A stretch of DNA of 64,000 bases, from positions 538 to 64,537 of the forward strand of contig PBVT01000123.1 of assembly GCA_002728755.1 (NCBI GenBank), read 5' to 3'. This DNA comes from Myxococcales bacterium (GTDB lineage: Bacteria; Myxococcota_A; UBA9042; UBA3505). Both the position numbers and the translations under genes were made by a program. The notes below the pieces were generated by a model. That model searched no databases, was not told the origin of the DNA, and saw only the letters and a program-made list of their open reading frames with translations. Each line of letters starts with the position of its first letter. Positions within the stretch are counted from its first letter, which is position 1. This document shows, in pieces, positions 41,253 to 51,310 of the stretch.

Positions 41253-42796
41253 AACGCATCCTTCTTTCCGTCGTCTGTCTACTGGGTCTGCAACTTGCTC
41301 TTGTACAGACATCTGTGGCCCTGGACGTTCCGAAGCATGAGCAGATCATTCGAGAGAGTGGTCTACGTGTTCTGGTAATTCCAGACACATCACTCCCCTA
41401 TCTACGGATAACTCTGGCGATGCCCGTGGGCTCCCTCGAAGATCATATGGGGAAAAGCCAACCCGTAGTGGGCCGCGCTGGTTTTGCCGCAGGTCTTATG
41501 GAGTATGGAACGGGCGTTCTTGACGATCGAACCGTGGCACAAAAGCTCGATGGCCTCGCCGCCAATTTCACTGCCAGCGCATCCAGAGAGACCATCGAAG
41601 CCACCGGCGATGTCATCACCATCGAGCAGACCACTCGCGATAATTTCCTGGATATGTTCTTCCGACTCGTTCTGGCTCCGAGTTATACCCAGACCAGCCT
41701 GGAAAAATATCGACGGATCCATCTCGGACAGCTCCAGGGTATTCTTGATAGCAATACAGCTCTGGCCGACCGCGCGATGGGTATGTGGGCCCTTCGGGGG
41801 CAGCCACACGCGATGCCTGTCTCCGGCACGCCAGACTCCGTAAAGGCTATTACCACTCAAGACCTACGCGACTTCCACGAACGGTACATTATCCCCGAAC
41901 ATACGACCCTCATCGTCGGTGGTGATATTACGAGCGCGGAAGTCCATGAGCTATTAGACACCCACCCGGTCGTACGTGCCTGGGAGCAAGCACGGAAAGG
42001 TCGCTGCAAGGGCCGTGATACAGCGACGGGATGGTGCCAGTCATTTTGCGTCAAAGACGATTGCACACCGAACCAACGCCTGGCCCTTACACCGGCCAAG
42101 CTCCCGGGAGCCGCCCTCCTATTGCTCACAAAAGATGACCCCGAGCTGAACCAGGAACATTTCCGTATTGTCTTTCCAATGGTTCGAAGTCTGACCCATG
42201 CCGGCTGGTTCAACTATCGTCTGGGTGTCCATATCCTTGGTGGTGGATATACCGCGCGCATGAACCGCGTTCTTCGTATTGAGAATGGGCTGACCTATGG
42301 CGCTCGGATCTCCAACTCGTATAGCAACCCCTTCCCGGGCTTCGCACATCTGCGCACCTATACCCGGCCCGAAGATGTCACGCGCGCTCTCGACCTGGCG
42401 CTGGAACAAATGGACCTCTTCGTAAAGAAGGGACCCAGCCCCACAGAGCTAGAGCGCTTCCGGGATATGATCATCAATAAGCGAGCATTTCTTTTCGAAA
42501 AGATCGATGGTTTGATGGATCAACTCCTCTTCGTACAGATGTACGCCATTGGCCTCGATTTCCTACGCAATTACGAAGACAATATTCGAGCCGTAAAACG
42601 CCCTGGTCTGATCGAGGCGATTCGAGAGGTCTTCTCCACGCAGTCCATGCGTATCGTCGTTGTTGGTCGCGAAGCCGACGCCCCGGCCTTGAAACAATGG
42701 ATCGAGGCGCGAGGTGGTACATTTGAAATGCAGCCATCTACAGCAGTATTGGACGCCACCCTTACACAAGATGCGGCTCCATCGGACAAACGATGA
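41249..42796 (+). CDS. M16-family peptidase, non-catalytic partner subunit
   Basis: M16 fold without HxxEH. Signal peptide MKRILLSVVCLLGLQLALVQTSVA. ATGA overlap with the upstream M16 gene. Confidence 0.85.
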   Translation: MKRILLSVVCLLGLQLALVQTSVALDVPKHEQIIRESGLRVLVIPDTSLPYLRITLAMPVGSLEDHMGKSQPVVGRAGFAAGLMEYGTGVLDDRTVAQKLDGLAANFTASASRETIEATGDVITIEQTTRDNFLDMFFRLVLAPSYTQTSLEKYRRIHLGQLQGILDSNTALADRAMGMWALRGQPHAMPVSGTPDSVKAITTQDLRDFHERYIIPEHTTLIVGGDITSAEVHELLDTHPVVRAWEQARKGRCKGRDTATGWCQSFCVKDDCTPNQRLALTPAKLPGAALLLLTKDDPELNQEHFRIVFPMVRSLTHAGWFNYRLGVHILGGGYTARMNRVLRIENGLTYGARISNSYSNPFPGFAHLRTYTRPEDVTRALDLALEQMDLFVKKGPSPTELERFRDMIINKRAFLFEKIDGLMDQLLFVQMYAIGLDFLRNYEDNIRAVKRPGLIEAIREVFSTQSMRIVVVGREADAPALKQWIEARGGTFEMQPSTAVLDATLTQDAAPSDKR

Positions 42797-43440
42797 CCCG
42801 GCCATCGACCATCATCTACCGCTGGTTGGGCCGAACGCCCTACCCGAAGGGTCTAGAAATTCAAAAGGCGACCCATCAGCAGGTCTTGGATGGGGGGCCT
42901 CCGACCATCCTGGCTTGTGAGCATGAACATGTCTTTACCATGGGTCGACGAAGTAGCTCTGCGGAGATCCTCAACGCGGGAGGAATCCCAACCGTAGAGG
43001 TCGACCGAGGGGGACGAGTGACCTATCACGGGCCGGGTCAGGCGGTGATGTATCCCATCCTCTCGTTGCAGGACCTGAACCTCGGCGTGCAGGAATACGT
43101 GCGCATGTTGGAAGAAACCTCGATTCGCTCTCTGGCAGAGCACGCTATCGTCGCAGACCGAGACCAGGTCAATGCGGGCGTTTGGGTGGGCGACGAAAAG
43201 ATTACCGCAATCGGCGTTCATGTGGGCCGAGGAGTTACAACCCACGGGCTCGCTTTAAATGTGCAGACCGATCTGTCGGCCTATCAACGTATTGTCCCCT
43301 GTGGTCTGGCCTTTCACGGTGTCACATCTATGGCCCGGCTCATCGACAATCCGCCGTCTGTAATGAACATGGCAGACCAGTTGGCAAATCAGCTAGCCGT
43401 ATTACTGGAATGCAAACTCGTGGTAGCCTCGGATCCATGA
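42793..43440 (+). CDS. lipB: Octanoyltransferase
   Basis: RGGRVTYHGPGQ.V.YP block and the catalytic region are typical of LipB. Its start overlaps the M16 stop. Confidence 0.9.
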   Translation: MTRPSTIIYRWLGRTPYPKGLEIQKATHQQVLDGGPPTILACEHEHVFTMGRRSSSAEILNAGGIPTVEVDRGGRVTYHGPGQAVMYPILSLQDLNLGVQEYVRMLEETSIRSLAEHAIVADRDQVNAGVWVGDEKITAIGVHVGRGVTTHGLALNVQTDLSAYQRIVPCGLAFHGVTSMARLIDNPPSVMNMADQLANQLAVLLECKLVVASDP

Positions 43441-44018
43441 GCGATACGATCAGCCGAAAAGACTTTCTTCGGAGCGGTTGGCGGCAACTCTTCAAGCCAT
43501 CCGACGATGGCCCAGAAAAAAAAGTGCCACCACCACCGCCCTTTCTGCGTCCACCGGGTGCACTTCCCGAAGCCGAATTTCTGGAGACCTGCGAACATTG
43601 TGGTGAATGCGTAGAAGCCTGCCACCAGGATAGTATTCACGTAATGCCAGAAGCATTGGGTGAGCCAATGGCGGGCACACCGGCTATTTTCCCCCAGATT
43701 CGCCCTTGTTTTCTCTGTACCGATGTCCCCTGTGTTCCGGTATGTCCCACCGGAGCGTTACAACCCATCGCCGTGGCGGACATCCGCCTGGGCACAGCGG
43801 TTGTTGACCTCAATCTATGTATTGCCGCAAAGGGCGAGACCTGCGACGCCTGTGTACCCGCATGTCCATTTCCCGGAACGGCCATACGAATCGATACGAC
43901 CCTTAGCATCCCGCTGGTTGATCCAGTGCATTGTACGGGCTGCGGTATGTGTGTAACGGCCTGCGTCGCCAAACCCGGCGCCATCACGATATTCCCCTTT
44001 GAACAGGTTCAAGTGTAA
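43437..44018 (+). CDS. Poly-ferredoxin-like 4Fe-4S protein with a Tat-like N-terminus (NapF/MauM-like)
   Basis: Four CxxCxxC...CP clusters (CEHCGECVEAC, CFLCTDVPCVPVCP, CIAAKGETCDACVPACP, CTGCGMCVTAC). The N-terminus SRKDFLRSGWRQL is Tat-like. Start taken at MSDTIS; the track ORF start at 43182 lies inside lipB. Confidence 0.8.
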   Translation: MSDTISRKDFLRSGWRQLFKPSDDGPEKKVPPPPPFLRPPGALPEAEFLETCEHCGECVEACHQDSIHVMPEALGEPMAGTPAIFPQIRPCFLCTDVPCVPVCPTGALQPIAVADIRLGTAVVDLNLCIAAKGETCDACVPACPFPGTAIRIDTTLSIPLVDPVHCTGCGMCVTACVAKPGAITIFPFEQVQV

Positions 44019-44055
44019 CGTATGTTGCCTCGAACCAATTGGAACAGCGAACCCT

Positions 44056-45129
44056 ATGCGTGTACTTGCCCTTGAATCCTCATGTGATGAAACGTCTGCC
44101 GCCGTCGTACAGGTAGATCCGGGACCCGTGGGCGCCAACTGGCGTCCGGTGGTCGAAGGTCATTATGTGGCCTCCCAGGTCGATCTCCATAAACGATATG
44201 GTGGAGTCGTGCCGGAGCTTGCGTCGCGCGCTCACCTGGAAGCCGTTCTACCGGCCGTAGGCTACGCCATGGACGAAGCCAAAGTTGAGAGAGCCGACAT
44301 CGACTTCATCGCGGTAACAAAGGGCCCTGGCCTGGTGGGAGCCTTACTCATGGGAGTGGAGACGGCCAAGAGTCTATCGTTCAGTTGGGGTATTCCCCTT
44401 CTGGGTGTCCACCACCTGGCTGGTCATATTATGGCGGTCTACCTTGATGAAAACCCGCCCGAACTGCCCTTTCTCTGCCTGCTCGTATCGGGCGGTCATT
44501 CCGCTATCTACCATGTTCATAGCCCGACACAGTACGAGTTGCTTGGGCAGACCCGTGATGATGCGGCGGGAGAGGCCTTCGATAAAGGCGCCCGTATGTT
44601 GGGACTTCCCTACCCGGGAGGCGCAGAGATCGACCGGTTGAGCTCGAACGGAGACACCGCCGCATATACATTCCCCATCGGAATGAAACATAGCGGAGAC
44701 CTCGACATGTCCTTCAGCGGTCTAAAGACAAGCTTGCGCCAGACCGTTCAGAAGCTGGACTTGCCGCTGGACGATACGAATATGGCCAATATCTGCGCAT
44801 CCTATCAGGAGGCCATCGCGCAGGCCCTCGCACGCAAGACATGTCTGGCTCTCGAGCAGACCGGGCTCTCACGTTTGGTCGTATGTGGTGGAGTGGCTCG
44901 CAACCGGAGGATTCGGAGCCTTGTCACAGAATCCGCACAAGCTATGGATGTAGCGGTTCACCTCGTCCCATTCGAATATTGCACCGACAACGCAGCTATG
45001 ATTGCTGTGGCCGCCCTTGCGGCTCCGAACAGCTCCTGGTTGGCATCGGGCAGCCCAGAAGCCATGAGCCTGGATGCGGATCCAGCCTTTCGTATTACGA
45101 CCCCATTTGGGACGAATTATTCGGTTTGA
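44056..45129 (+). CDS. tsaD: tRNA N6-adenosine threonylcarbamoyltransferase
   Basis: MRVLALESSCDETSAAVV N-terminus and the HLAGH metal-binding motif of Kae1/TsaD. Start at MRVLAL. Confidence 0.93.
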   Translation: MRVLALESSCDETSAAVVQVDPGPVGANWRPVVEGHYVASQVDLHKRYGGVVPELASRAHLEAVLPAVGYAMDEAKVERADIDFIAVTKGPGLVGALLMGVETAKSLSFSWGIPLLGVHHLAGHIMAVYLDENPPELPFLCLLVSGGHSAIYHVHSPTQYELLGQTRDDAAGEAFDKGARMLGLPYPGGAEIDRLSSNGDTAAYTFPIGMKHSGDLDMSFSGLKTSLRQTVQKLDLPLDDTNMANICASYQEAIAQALARKTCLALEQTGLSRLVVCGGVARNRRIRSLVTESAQAMDVAVHLVPFEYCTDNAAMIAVAALAAPNSSWLASGSPEAMSLDADPAFRITTPFGTNYSV

Positions 45130-45968
45130 GTAGCCCACGCCCAAAAAAATCACTGGGTCAACATTGGCTTACGGACCAGTCCACCAGCGATAAGATTGCA
45201 GCCCTCGCAGCCAAAGAGGCGGGGCAATCCATATTCGAGATTGGGCCCGGCGCAGGCGCACTTACACGGCCGTTACTCAACCGGTACGAACGAGTGGTGG
45301 CGCTGGAGACAGATCGCCAGGCCCTGGCCTATCTAAAAGAAGAGTTTGCGACTGAAATCGCCGACGGCCGACTCGAATTATTTGAAGGAGATGGCCGCTC
45401 CTTTGCCTTACCGGAAGCTCCCGATGGGGCTTGGACCGTCGTCTCAAACCTACCCTATAATGTAGGGGCCATCGTATTTCTGAACCTGCTGGCCCAGAGA
45501 TCGAAGATTCGTCGTATGGTTCTTATGTTTCAGGCCGAGGTTGCGACTCGCATCCTATCGGGATCCGGTTCCAAGCAGCACGGGTTTTTATCCGTTTTGA
45601 GTGCCCTGGAATGGAGCCGAACACGTGCGCTTCGAGTAAAACCTGGCGCCTTTTTCCCTCCTCCGAAGGTGCAATCCAGTGTGATTGTCCTCGATCGAGA
45701 CGATGATGGACCGGGTTGCCCTGCTCCAAGAGAGATCTTTGTTCCATTCGTGGATGCTTGTTTTCGCCAACGCCGAAAGACATTACGAAATTGTCTGACC
45801 CACGCCGGTTATTCGGCCGAAGCGATCGCGCAGATGTTCCAGGCCGAGGGACTCGCGCAAACCATTCGTGCAGAACAGCTGGACGCTGGTCGTTTTCGGA
45901 GTCTCTTCCTCGCGCTTCCCCTGACCATACACCAACAATGTATGGGACTAAGTGCTCCGTCAGAATGA
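45126..45968 (+). CDS. rsmA: 16S rRNA (adenine1518/1519-N6)-dimethyltransferase
   Basis: LGQHWL, the SAM-binding EIGPGAGALT, and the VVSNLPYNV catalytic motif. The likely TTG start at 45126 overlaps the tsaD stop. The track ORF start at 44841 lies inside tsaD. Confidence 0.88.
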   Translation: MSSPRPKKSLGQHWLTDQSTSDKIAALAAKEAGQSIFEIGPGAGALTRPLLNRYERVVALETDRQALAYLKEEFATEIADGRLELFEGDGRSFALPEAPDGAWTVVSNLPYNVGAIVFLNLLAQRSKIRRMVLMFQAEVATRILSGSGSKQHGFLSVLSALEWSRTRALRVKPGAFFPPPKVQSSVIVLDRDDDGPGCPAPREIFVPFVDACFRQRRKTLRNCLTHAGYSAEAIAQMFQAEGLAQTIRAEQLDAGRFRSLFLALPLTIHQQCMGLSAPSE

Positions 45969-45988
45969 GGTGACGTCCGGGCCAAGGA

Positions 45989-46840
45989 ATGATATTTCAT
46001 ATCCAAGCCCTGGAGAGTCTCTCGATGTCGAAAGAAATTCCATTTCTGGTCGTACCGAAGCGTAACCGTCTCGCCGTCTTCCCAGAGCGCCTTCCCCAGG
46101 GACTGGCGCCGTTGAAGATGTACGACCCACAGCTTCTGCAAGACGCCGAATTTGTGACATTGATTCAACGGTTGGACGATCTGTCCTTTGGTCCCAGGGG
46201 ACTACATATGCCCGGTTGGGTCTTTTACGACTGCGGTGTCATGCCCGGTGTCGTATTTGGGTTTGGTCGTCCGCGACATGAAGTACGGCCATGGATATTG
46301 CGCGTACTGGGCGTGCCGGACGATTACGACGGCCTGGTGCCTCTTACTCTGTTCATCGCCATCGCGATGCTGCCTCCACGGTCCTGGCTTGTATATACCC
46401 TCACAAGCCTGAATGAAGTGGCACCGGGGGCCACGTCAGAGCGCCTGATTCGAGATACTCTCGCGTCTGGGTTGGGCCTACTGAACGTTGAGACCCTCTA
46501 CGGCACCATCCAGTGGCGTAGCCGCTCGTTGCCGCACTATACCGCGTTGGGGCCCCTGGATGTCATCAGCGCCTGGACCCCTGCCCATGACATCCCATCG
46601 ACGCTGACATTCCAGGTAAAGATTCCCCCCTCCGGGACCTCTCGTTTATTGCATAGCTCCCATGAGATCACATCGGATGCCCCTGCACCAAACGGTCTGG
46701 TCAATGTAGATGACCCGGCGGATCTCCAAAAGCTGCAAAGTGCAGTAGAAAAAGGAAAACGGATTCAGGTTGTCGCCCCCCCGCAAACCGTAGGTCGCTA
46801 CACTCTCGGGATGGTCCACGCAGGAGACCTGAACCGATGA
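45989..46840 (+). CDS. Uncharacterised protein, 283 aa, paralogue A of a tandem pair
   Basis: Shares conserved blocks with the next ORF (FLVV...N, FGPxGxxMxxWVFYD, DYxGLVP...IAI, SLN.V.P, GPLD...A.TPAH). Family unknown. Confidence 0.65.
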   Translation: MIFHIQALESLSMSKEIPFLVVPKRNRLAVFPERLPQGLAPLKMYDPQLLQDAEFVTLIQRLDDLSFGPRGLHMPGWVFYDCGVMPGVVFGFGRPRHEVRPWILRVLGVPDDYDGLVPLTLFIAIAMLPPRSWLVYTLTSLNEVAPGATSERLIRDTLASGLGLLNVETLYGTIQWRSRSLPHYTALGPLDVISAWTPAHDIPSTLTFQVKIPPSGTSRLLHSSHEITSDAPAPNGLVNVDDPADLQKLQSAVEKGKRIQVVAPPQTVGRYTLGMVHAGDLNR

Positions 46841-47688
46841 TGCCCCAGCTACAAGGAACTCGCGTACAGCCTCTACTGGAAACGCTGACCCCCTTTCTGG
46901 TCGTAACGCCCTATAACCGCCCCTATATGAATACGAGCCCGTTTGGACTCACGATCCCTGAAGAGAACATTTTCGATCCCACCCAGGTCGGATCCGAGAT
47001 CTTCCTGGACCTTCTTCAAACGATGGATGCGTTAACATTTGGCCCCGAGGGGATGCCTATGGCCCGCTGGGTGTTTTATGACGCCAGCGAATTGCCAGGC
47101 GGCATCTACGGGTTTGGAATGAATGCTGGCGATATCCCGGAATCCGTCCGCGCAGAATATGAGATACCGTCGGACTATACGGGGCTCGTGCCCTTCTCCA
47201 TGTATATTGCGATCCCAACTCCTGAGAATGGAACCTGGTTTGGGCACAACCTGGCGTCTTTGAACCCTGTCTTTCCGACCCTCGGGTTGAAGAGCCTCGG
47301 AACGGTTACCAAAGCCATCGCTTTACGTACCTTTCAAGCCGAAGTGCAGGTTGGCGCCACGCAATGGGATAGCGAAGCGCTCTTCATCCACACCCGCTTC
47401 GGCCCTCTCGATCTGGAGACAGCCTACACCCCCGCCCATTCGGAAATTATCACATTAACATACGTCGTTCCCTGCACAGAGAGCGCGATACTGGGGGCAT
47501 TAGGGGATTCCGAACACCAGATTCAACGACCGGAACCCCATTGGTGGATGCGCGCAGATGACCAGGAGCGGATGCGTATATTGCAGCAACGCATCGAAGC
47601 TGGCGACCGCTTTACCATACCGCACAAACCTCGTGTTGTTGATGACGGTACGACTCTAGAAGTGCCTGTTCACGAATACGGCGCCTAG
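46837..47688 (+). CDS. Uncharacterised protein, 283 aa, paralogue B of a tandem pair
   Basis: ATGA overlap with paralogue A. The same motif set and the same length. Confidence 0.65.
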   Translation: MMPQLQGTRVQPLLETLTPFLVVTPYNRPYMNTSPFGLTIPEENIFDPTQVGSEIFLDLLQTMDALTFGPEGMPMARWVFYDASELPGGIYGFGMNAGDIPESVRAEYEIPSDYTGLVPFSMYIAIPTPENGTWFGHNLASLNPVFPTLGLKSLGTVTKAIALRTFQAEVQVGATQWDSEALFIHTRFGPLDLETAYTPAHSEIITLTYVVPCTESAILGALGDSEHQIQRPEPHWWMRADDQERMRILQQRIEAGDRFTIPHKPRVVDDGTTLEVPVHEYGA

Positions 47689-47712
47689 AAGTTCCCCATC
47701 AGAGGAGTCGCC

Positions 47713-48414
47713 TTATCCACTCGGGTCGGTTTGAGATTCTGGCTCTGGAGACGGCGCAGCTTGTGCCTTACGCATCTGACGACGTTCACGAGCCTCGCGC
47801 CGCTCCCGACGTACCTGACGGGTAAGCCATAAGGCGACCCCTACACCACTAAGGAAACCGAAGACATGACTCTCCACGGACGTAGCGGTATGCCAATCAG
47901 AGATAAGAACCAGGAGAATTAGCCCATCGAACACTACAACCAGGATGATTATGAAGAGGTTCAGGACCCGGCGTTCCAGAACAGAAACCAGGATGAGGCA
48001 TCCCATCAAACCAAATACAACGCCGCTTACACCGATATGTACACCGGACGATCCAACCAGCCAAACGGCCGCACCACCCACCAGAATTGCGGCCACCACG
48101 GTGAACAAAAACTCGCGTATGCCACGAAGCATCATCAAGCAACCGAACACCAGAAACGGTAAAGCGTTGGCCGCGAGGTGCTCCACCCCCACATGTAAAA
48201 ACGGCGCGAAGAGAATTCCGATCAGACCATCCAACTTGCGCGGTTGAATCCCATATCGACAGAGCCCCACGCTGTCCGCTCCGTAGATAGCCCAGTTGAC
48301 CAACAACACCAGCCAAAGAAATCCTAGAATGAATCCCACGAGCGCGAAACGACCTAGAAGCGTCTCCCATAACACTCGGATACCTTTGGGTTTTCCGTCT
48401 TTCGATTTACCCAT
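47713..48414 (-). CDS. Rhomboid-family intramembrane serine protease
   Basis: Six TM helices, the GVHIGVSGVVFGLMG (GxSG) catalytic serine, and the downstream HVFGFLSGV catalytic His helix. Confidence 0.85.
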   Translation of the reverse strand: MGKSKDGKPKGIRVLWETLLGRFALVGFILGFLWLVLLVNWAIYGADSVGLCRYGIQPRKLDGLIGILFAPFLHVGVEHLAANALPFLVFGCLMMLRGIREFLFTVVAAILVGGAAVWLVGSSGVHIGVSGVVFGLMGCLILVSVLERRVLNLFIIILVVVFDGLILLVLISDWHTATSVESHVFGFLSGVGVALWLTRQVRRERREARERRQMRKAQAAPSPEPESQTDPSG

Positions 48415-48622
48415 ATCTATCGTCCCGCCTGCGGTGTGTCAGCTATCTATATTCGTCTATGGTGAGGCCAGGTAGGGCCGCCGGCAAATCTTTTACCCAA
48501 ACGAATCCTGAAACGGATCACCGCCAAACCAGAGATTTCACACTGACTTTTTTATTCACGGTAACCCTAAAAAAAGACACGGTTTTTTTGCCCAAAGCCC
48601 CGGTCGATGGTATCGCCAAATT

Positions 48623-51292
48623 GTGGTCCTTTTTCCTGGTAGTGCTCCAATGGGTACAGTCCGTACGCAAGAAAGAAGTCCTCCGGGTGCCTCGAAGAGA
48701 GGTGGTCGCGGACATTCGGGCAATGAGCTTCGAGCCATTCTTCTACTGGGAACATCTGTGCTGTTATTCCTGAGTCTGATCTCTTACGAGTCGGCTCCAC
48801 CAGGGGTTGAAACCGGTAATCTGATCGGCCCCGTAGGACAGCGGGCAGCCGAAATTCTATTAGCACTTACCGGTATCGTCTCCTATGTCTGGCTGGGGGT
48901 ATTTGCGGTCATGGCCGTCGGTCTCTTCTCCGGAAATCTCGTGCGACTACCGGCGCGAAGACTACTCGCTGCCTGTGGCTGTCTTCTTGTCATGGGTGTG
49001 CTTATCCATCTTTTCATGTCGCCAACTCGCGTTCATGGATTTCCTCCAGCGGGTGCATTGGCCTCCTGGAGTGGCGAGATCAGCCGCGCTCTCTTTGATG
49101 ATGTCGGTAGTATCATCATTTACACGACTTTATTCGTGGCCCTCTTTGCCATGGCGATCAATCGCTCCATCTCCGTGATGGCGCGCCTTGTGGCCATGTC
49201 TGCTCGAAATTTCCTTTCTGGAAACAAAGAGCCCGCGTCTACAGACGATAAGAGTGTCGCCACAGCACCCACCGAACTTCGCAAAGCCCTGAACGCGGAC
49301 CCCGTTATCGAGACCTATCGTGCCATTGAAGAAACCGATGCAGGTTTAGGAGAAACCGAAGTTTCCAGACCGGATTATTCAAGTTCGCAGATTTCAGCCG
49401 ATAAAGGTCCTGGGGTCGGAAAGCTTAAGGGCTTGTGGAAACGATTCCGGAAAAAATCAGAACCGGCGCCCAAGGAAGCCGCGCCGAAACCCCGTGGGGC
49501 CGAACCAGTCGATGAATCGGCTGGTTCGGTTTCCCCGGCGGGGGAACCCTTCTTCGATATGTTCGATGGCATCCATACGGATACCGAGCTCGAAGCGCTC
49601 GTCACTCTCGAAGAGGATCCGATGGGCATGGATGTAGAAATCCTGCCCACAGACACGACTCCGCACCAGATCGTAAACCCTGTCGAAGACTGGGAGAAAG
49701 AGGTCGCAGAGGTCACAGAGGCCATCGAAGACACATCGGGAGACGAAGTACAGGCCTTACCGAAAGTGGTCTCATCGGACGCGATGAGCAAGCAACCCGA
49801 TGAGGTGATGTCGGCACAAAACCAGGAGCTTCCCCTGGCCCGCACCCCTTATAATCTTCCAGCGGTCAGCCTTCTCGATTACGACGCCCCCAAAGGCCGA
49901 GACATCGATGAAGAGGTACTACAAAAGAACGCCGCCGTGCTCGTCGAAAAGCTGAAGGACTTCGGCGTCGAATGCGAAGTCGTAAAGATTCGACCAGGCC
50001 CCGTCATCACCATGTACGAGATTCGTCCCGCGCGTGGAGTAAAGATCGCAAAGATCACGACCCTTACGGACGATCTGGCCATGGCGGTACGCGCCGAACA
50101 AATCCGTATTGTCGCACCGATTCCTGGCCGTGATGTGGTTGGTATCGAGATTCCGAACCGCGCGCGCGAGATCGTATATCTGAAAGAGATTATAGCCTCC
50201 GAGGAATTCCAGAAGCATAAGGGCAATCTTCCTCTCGCGATTGGTAAAGATATCTTTGGCCAGCCTTGTGTCGCGGACCTTGGAAAGATGCCCCACCTTC
50301 TCGTCGCTGGTGCAACGGGTGCCGGAAAATCTGTGGGGATCAATACGTTTATCGTCAGCTTGTTGTATCGCCATACACCAGCCGAATTACGGATGCTTAT
50401 GGTGGATCCCAAAATGCTTGAGCTCAGCATCTACGACGGGATTCCCCATCTACTTATGCCGGTTCTCACAGACGCCAAACGAGCCACGATCGCGTTACGT
50501 TGGGCTGTGAAAGAGATGGAACGACGCTACGCGCTTTTGAAGCCTGTGGGAGTACGCAATATCTCCGGCTATAATAAACATGTAGAAAAGATACGGAAGA
50601 AGGCTTCGCGCAAAGCCGATACAAGCCAACTTCCAGAGCCCATGCCCCATCTGGTGGTCATTATTGACGAGCTCGCCGATCTTATGATGGTAGCAGGCAA
50701 AGATGTGGAATCGAGCATCGCCCGGCTTGCTCAGATGGCGCGGGCCGCTGGGATTCATCTTATCGTGGCGACGCAGCGTCCGAGTGTTGATGTAATCACC
50801 GGACTCATCAAAGCAAACTTCCCCACACGCATGTCGTTCCGCGTCTCCAGTAAAGTCGACTCACGGACAATCCTCGATTCGATGGGAGCTGAACGACTCC
50901 TGGGTATGGGTGATATGTTGTTCCTGCCGCCTGGCTCGTCCCATCTGAATCGAATTCACGGAGGCTATGTCTCCGACGAAGAGGTCCAACGGATCGTGGA
51001 ATATGCCAAGTCGCAGGGTTCCCCACGCTATGATCAACGAATCATCGACGCCATAGAGGCCGCGGAAGAATCCGACTCCCCCAGCGGTAGTGGGTCGGAT
51101 AACCTTGACCCCCTATACGACCAGGCCGTCGCTGTCATCGCCCAGAGTGGTCGTGCGAGTATATCGTACCTGCAGCGGCAACTGGAGGTCGGATACAACC
51201 GCGCATCTCGTATTATGGAGCAGATGGAAGCGCAGGGAGTGGTTGGTCCACAGGTGGGTAGCAAGCCCCGCGAAATTCTTGTACAACCGTAG
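48623..51292 (+). CDS. ftsK: DNA translocase FtsK
   Basis: N-terminal TM region, a Pro/Glu-rich linker, a motor domain with HLLVAGATGAGKSVGIN (Walker A) and VVIIDELADLMM, and a C-terminal gamma-domain (ISYLQRQLEVGYNRASRIMEQME). The start could be the GTG/ATG at 48623 or the ATG at 48650. Confidence 0.93.
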   Translation: MVLFPGSAPMGTVRTQERSPPGASKRGGRGHSGNELRAILLLGTSVLLFLSLISYESAPPGVETGNLIGPVGQRAAEILLALTGIVSYVWLGVFAVMAVGLFSGNLVRLPARRLLAACGCLLVMGVLIHLFMSPTRVHGFPPAGALASWSGEISRALFDDVGSIIIYTTLFVALFAMAINRSISVMARLVAMSARNFLSGNKEPASTDDKSVATAPTELRKALNADPVIETYRAIEETDAGLGETEVSRPDYSSSQISADKGPGVGKLKGLWKRFRKKSEPAPKEAAPKPRGAEPVDESAGSVSPAGEPFFDMFDGIHTDTELEALVTLEEDPMGMDVEILPTDTTPHQIVNPVEDWEKEVAEVTEAIEDTSGDEVQALPKVVSSDAMSKQPDEVMSAQNQELPLARTPYNLPAVSLLDYDAPKGRDIDEEVLQKNAAVLVEKLKDFGVECEVVKIRPGPVITMYEIRPARGVKIAKITTLTDDLAMAVRAEQIRIVAPIPGRDVVGIEIPNRAREIVYLKEIIASEEFQKHKGNLPLAIGKDIFGQPCVADLGKMPHLLVAGATGAGKSVGINTFIVSLLYRHTPAELRMLMVDPKMLELSIYDGIPHLLMPVLTDAKRATIALRWAVKEMERRYALLKPVGVRNISGYNKHVEKIRKKASRKADTSQLPEPMPHLVVIIDELADLMMVAGKDVESSIARLAQMARAAGIHLIVATQRPSVDVITGLIKANFPTRMSFRVSSKVDSRTILDSMGAERLLGMGDMLFLPPGSSHLNRIHGGYVSDEEVQRIVEYAKSQGSPRYDQRIIDAIEAAEESDSPSGSGSDNLDPLYDQAVAVIAQSGRASISYLQRQLEVGYNRASRIMEQMEAQGVVGPQVGSKPREILVQP

Positions 51293-51310
51293 CCGTAACG
51301 GCGAGGTGCG

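Noticed and set aside
43182-43436. N-terminal extension of the ferredoxin ORF (MGGRRKDYRN...)
   Set aside because: It lies within lipB in another frame and is Arg-rich nonsense. The start MSDTISRKDFL at 43437 overlaps the lipB stop.
44841-45125. N-terminal extension of the rsmA ORF
   Set aside because: It overlaps the 3' end of tsaD. The KsgA homology begins at LGQHWL just after the TTG at 45126.
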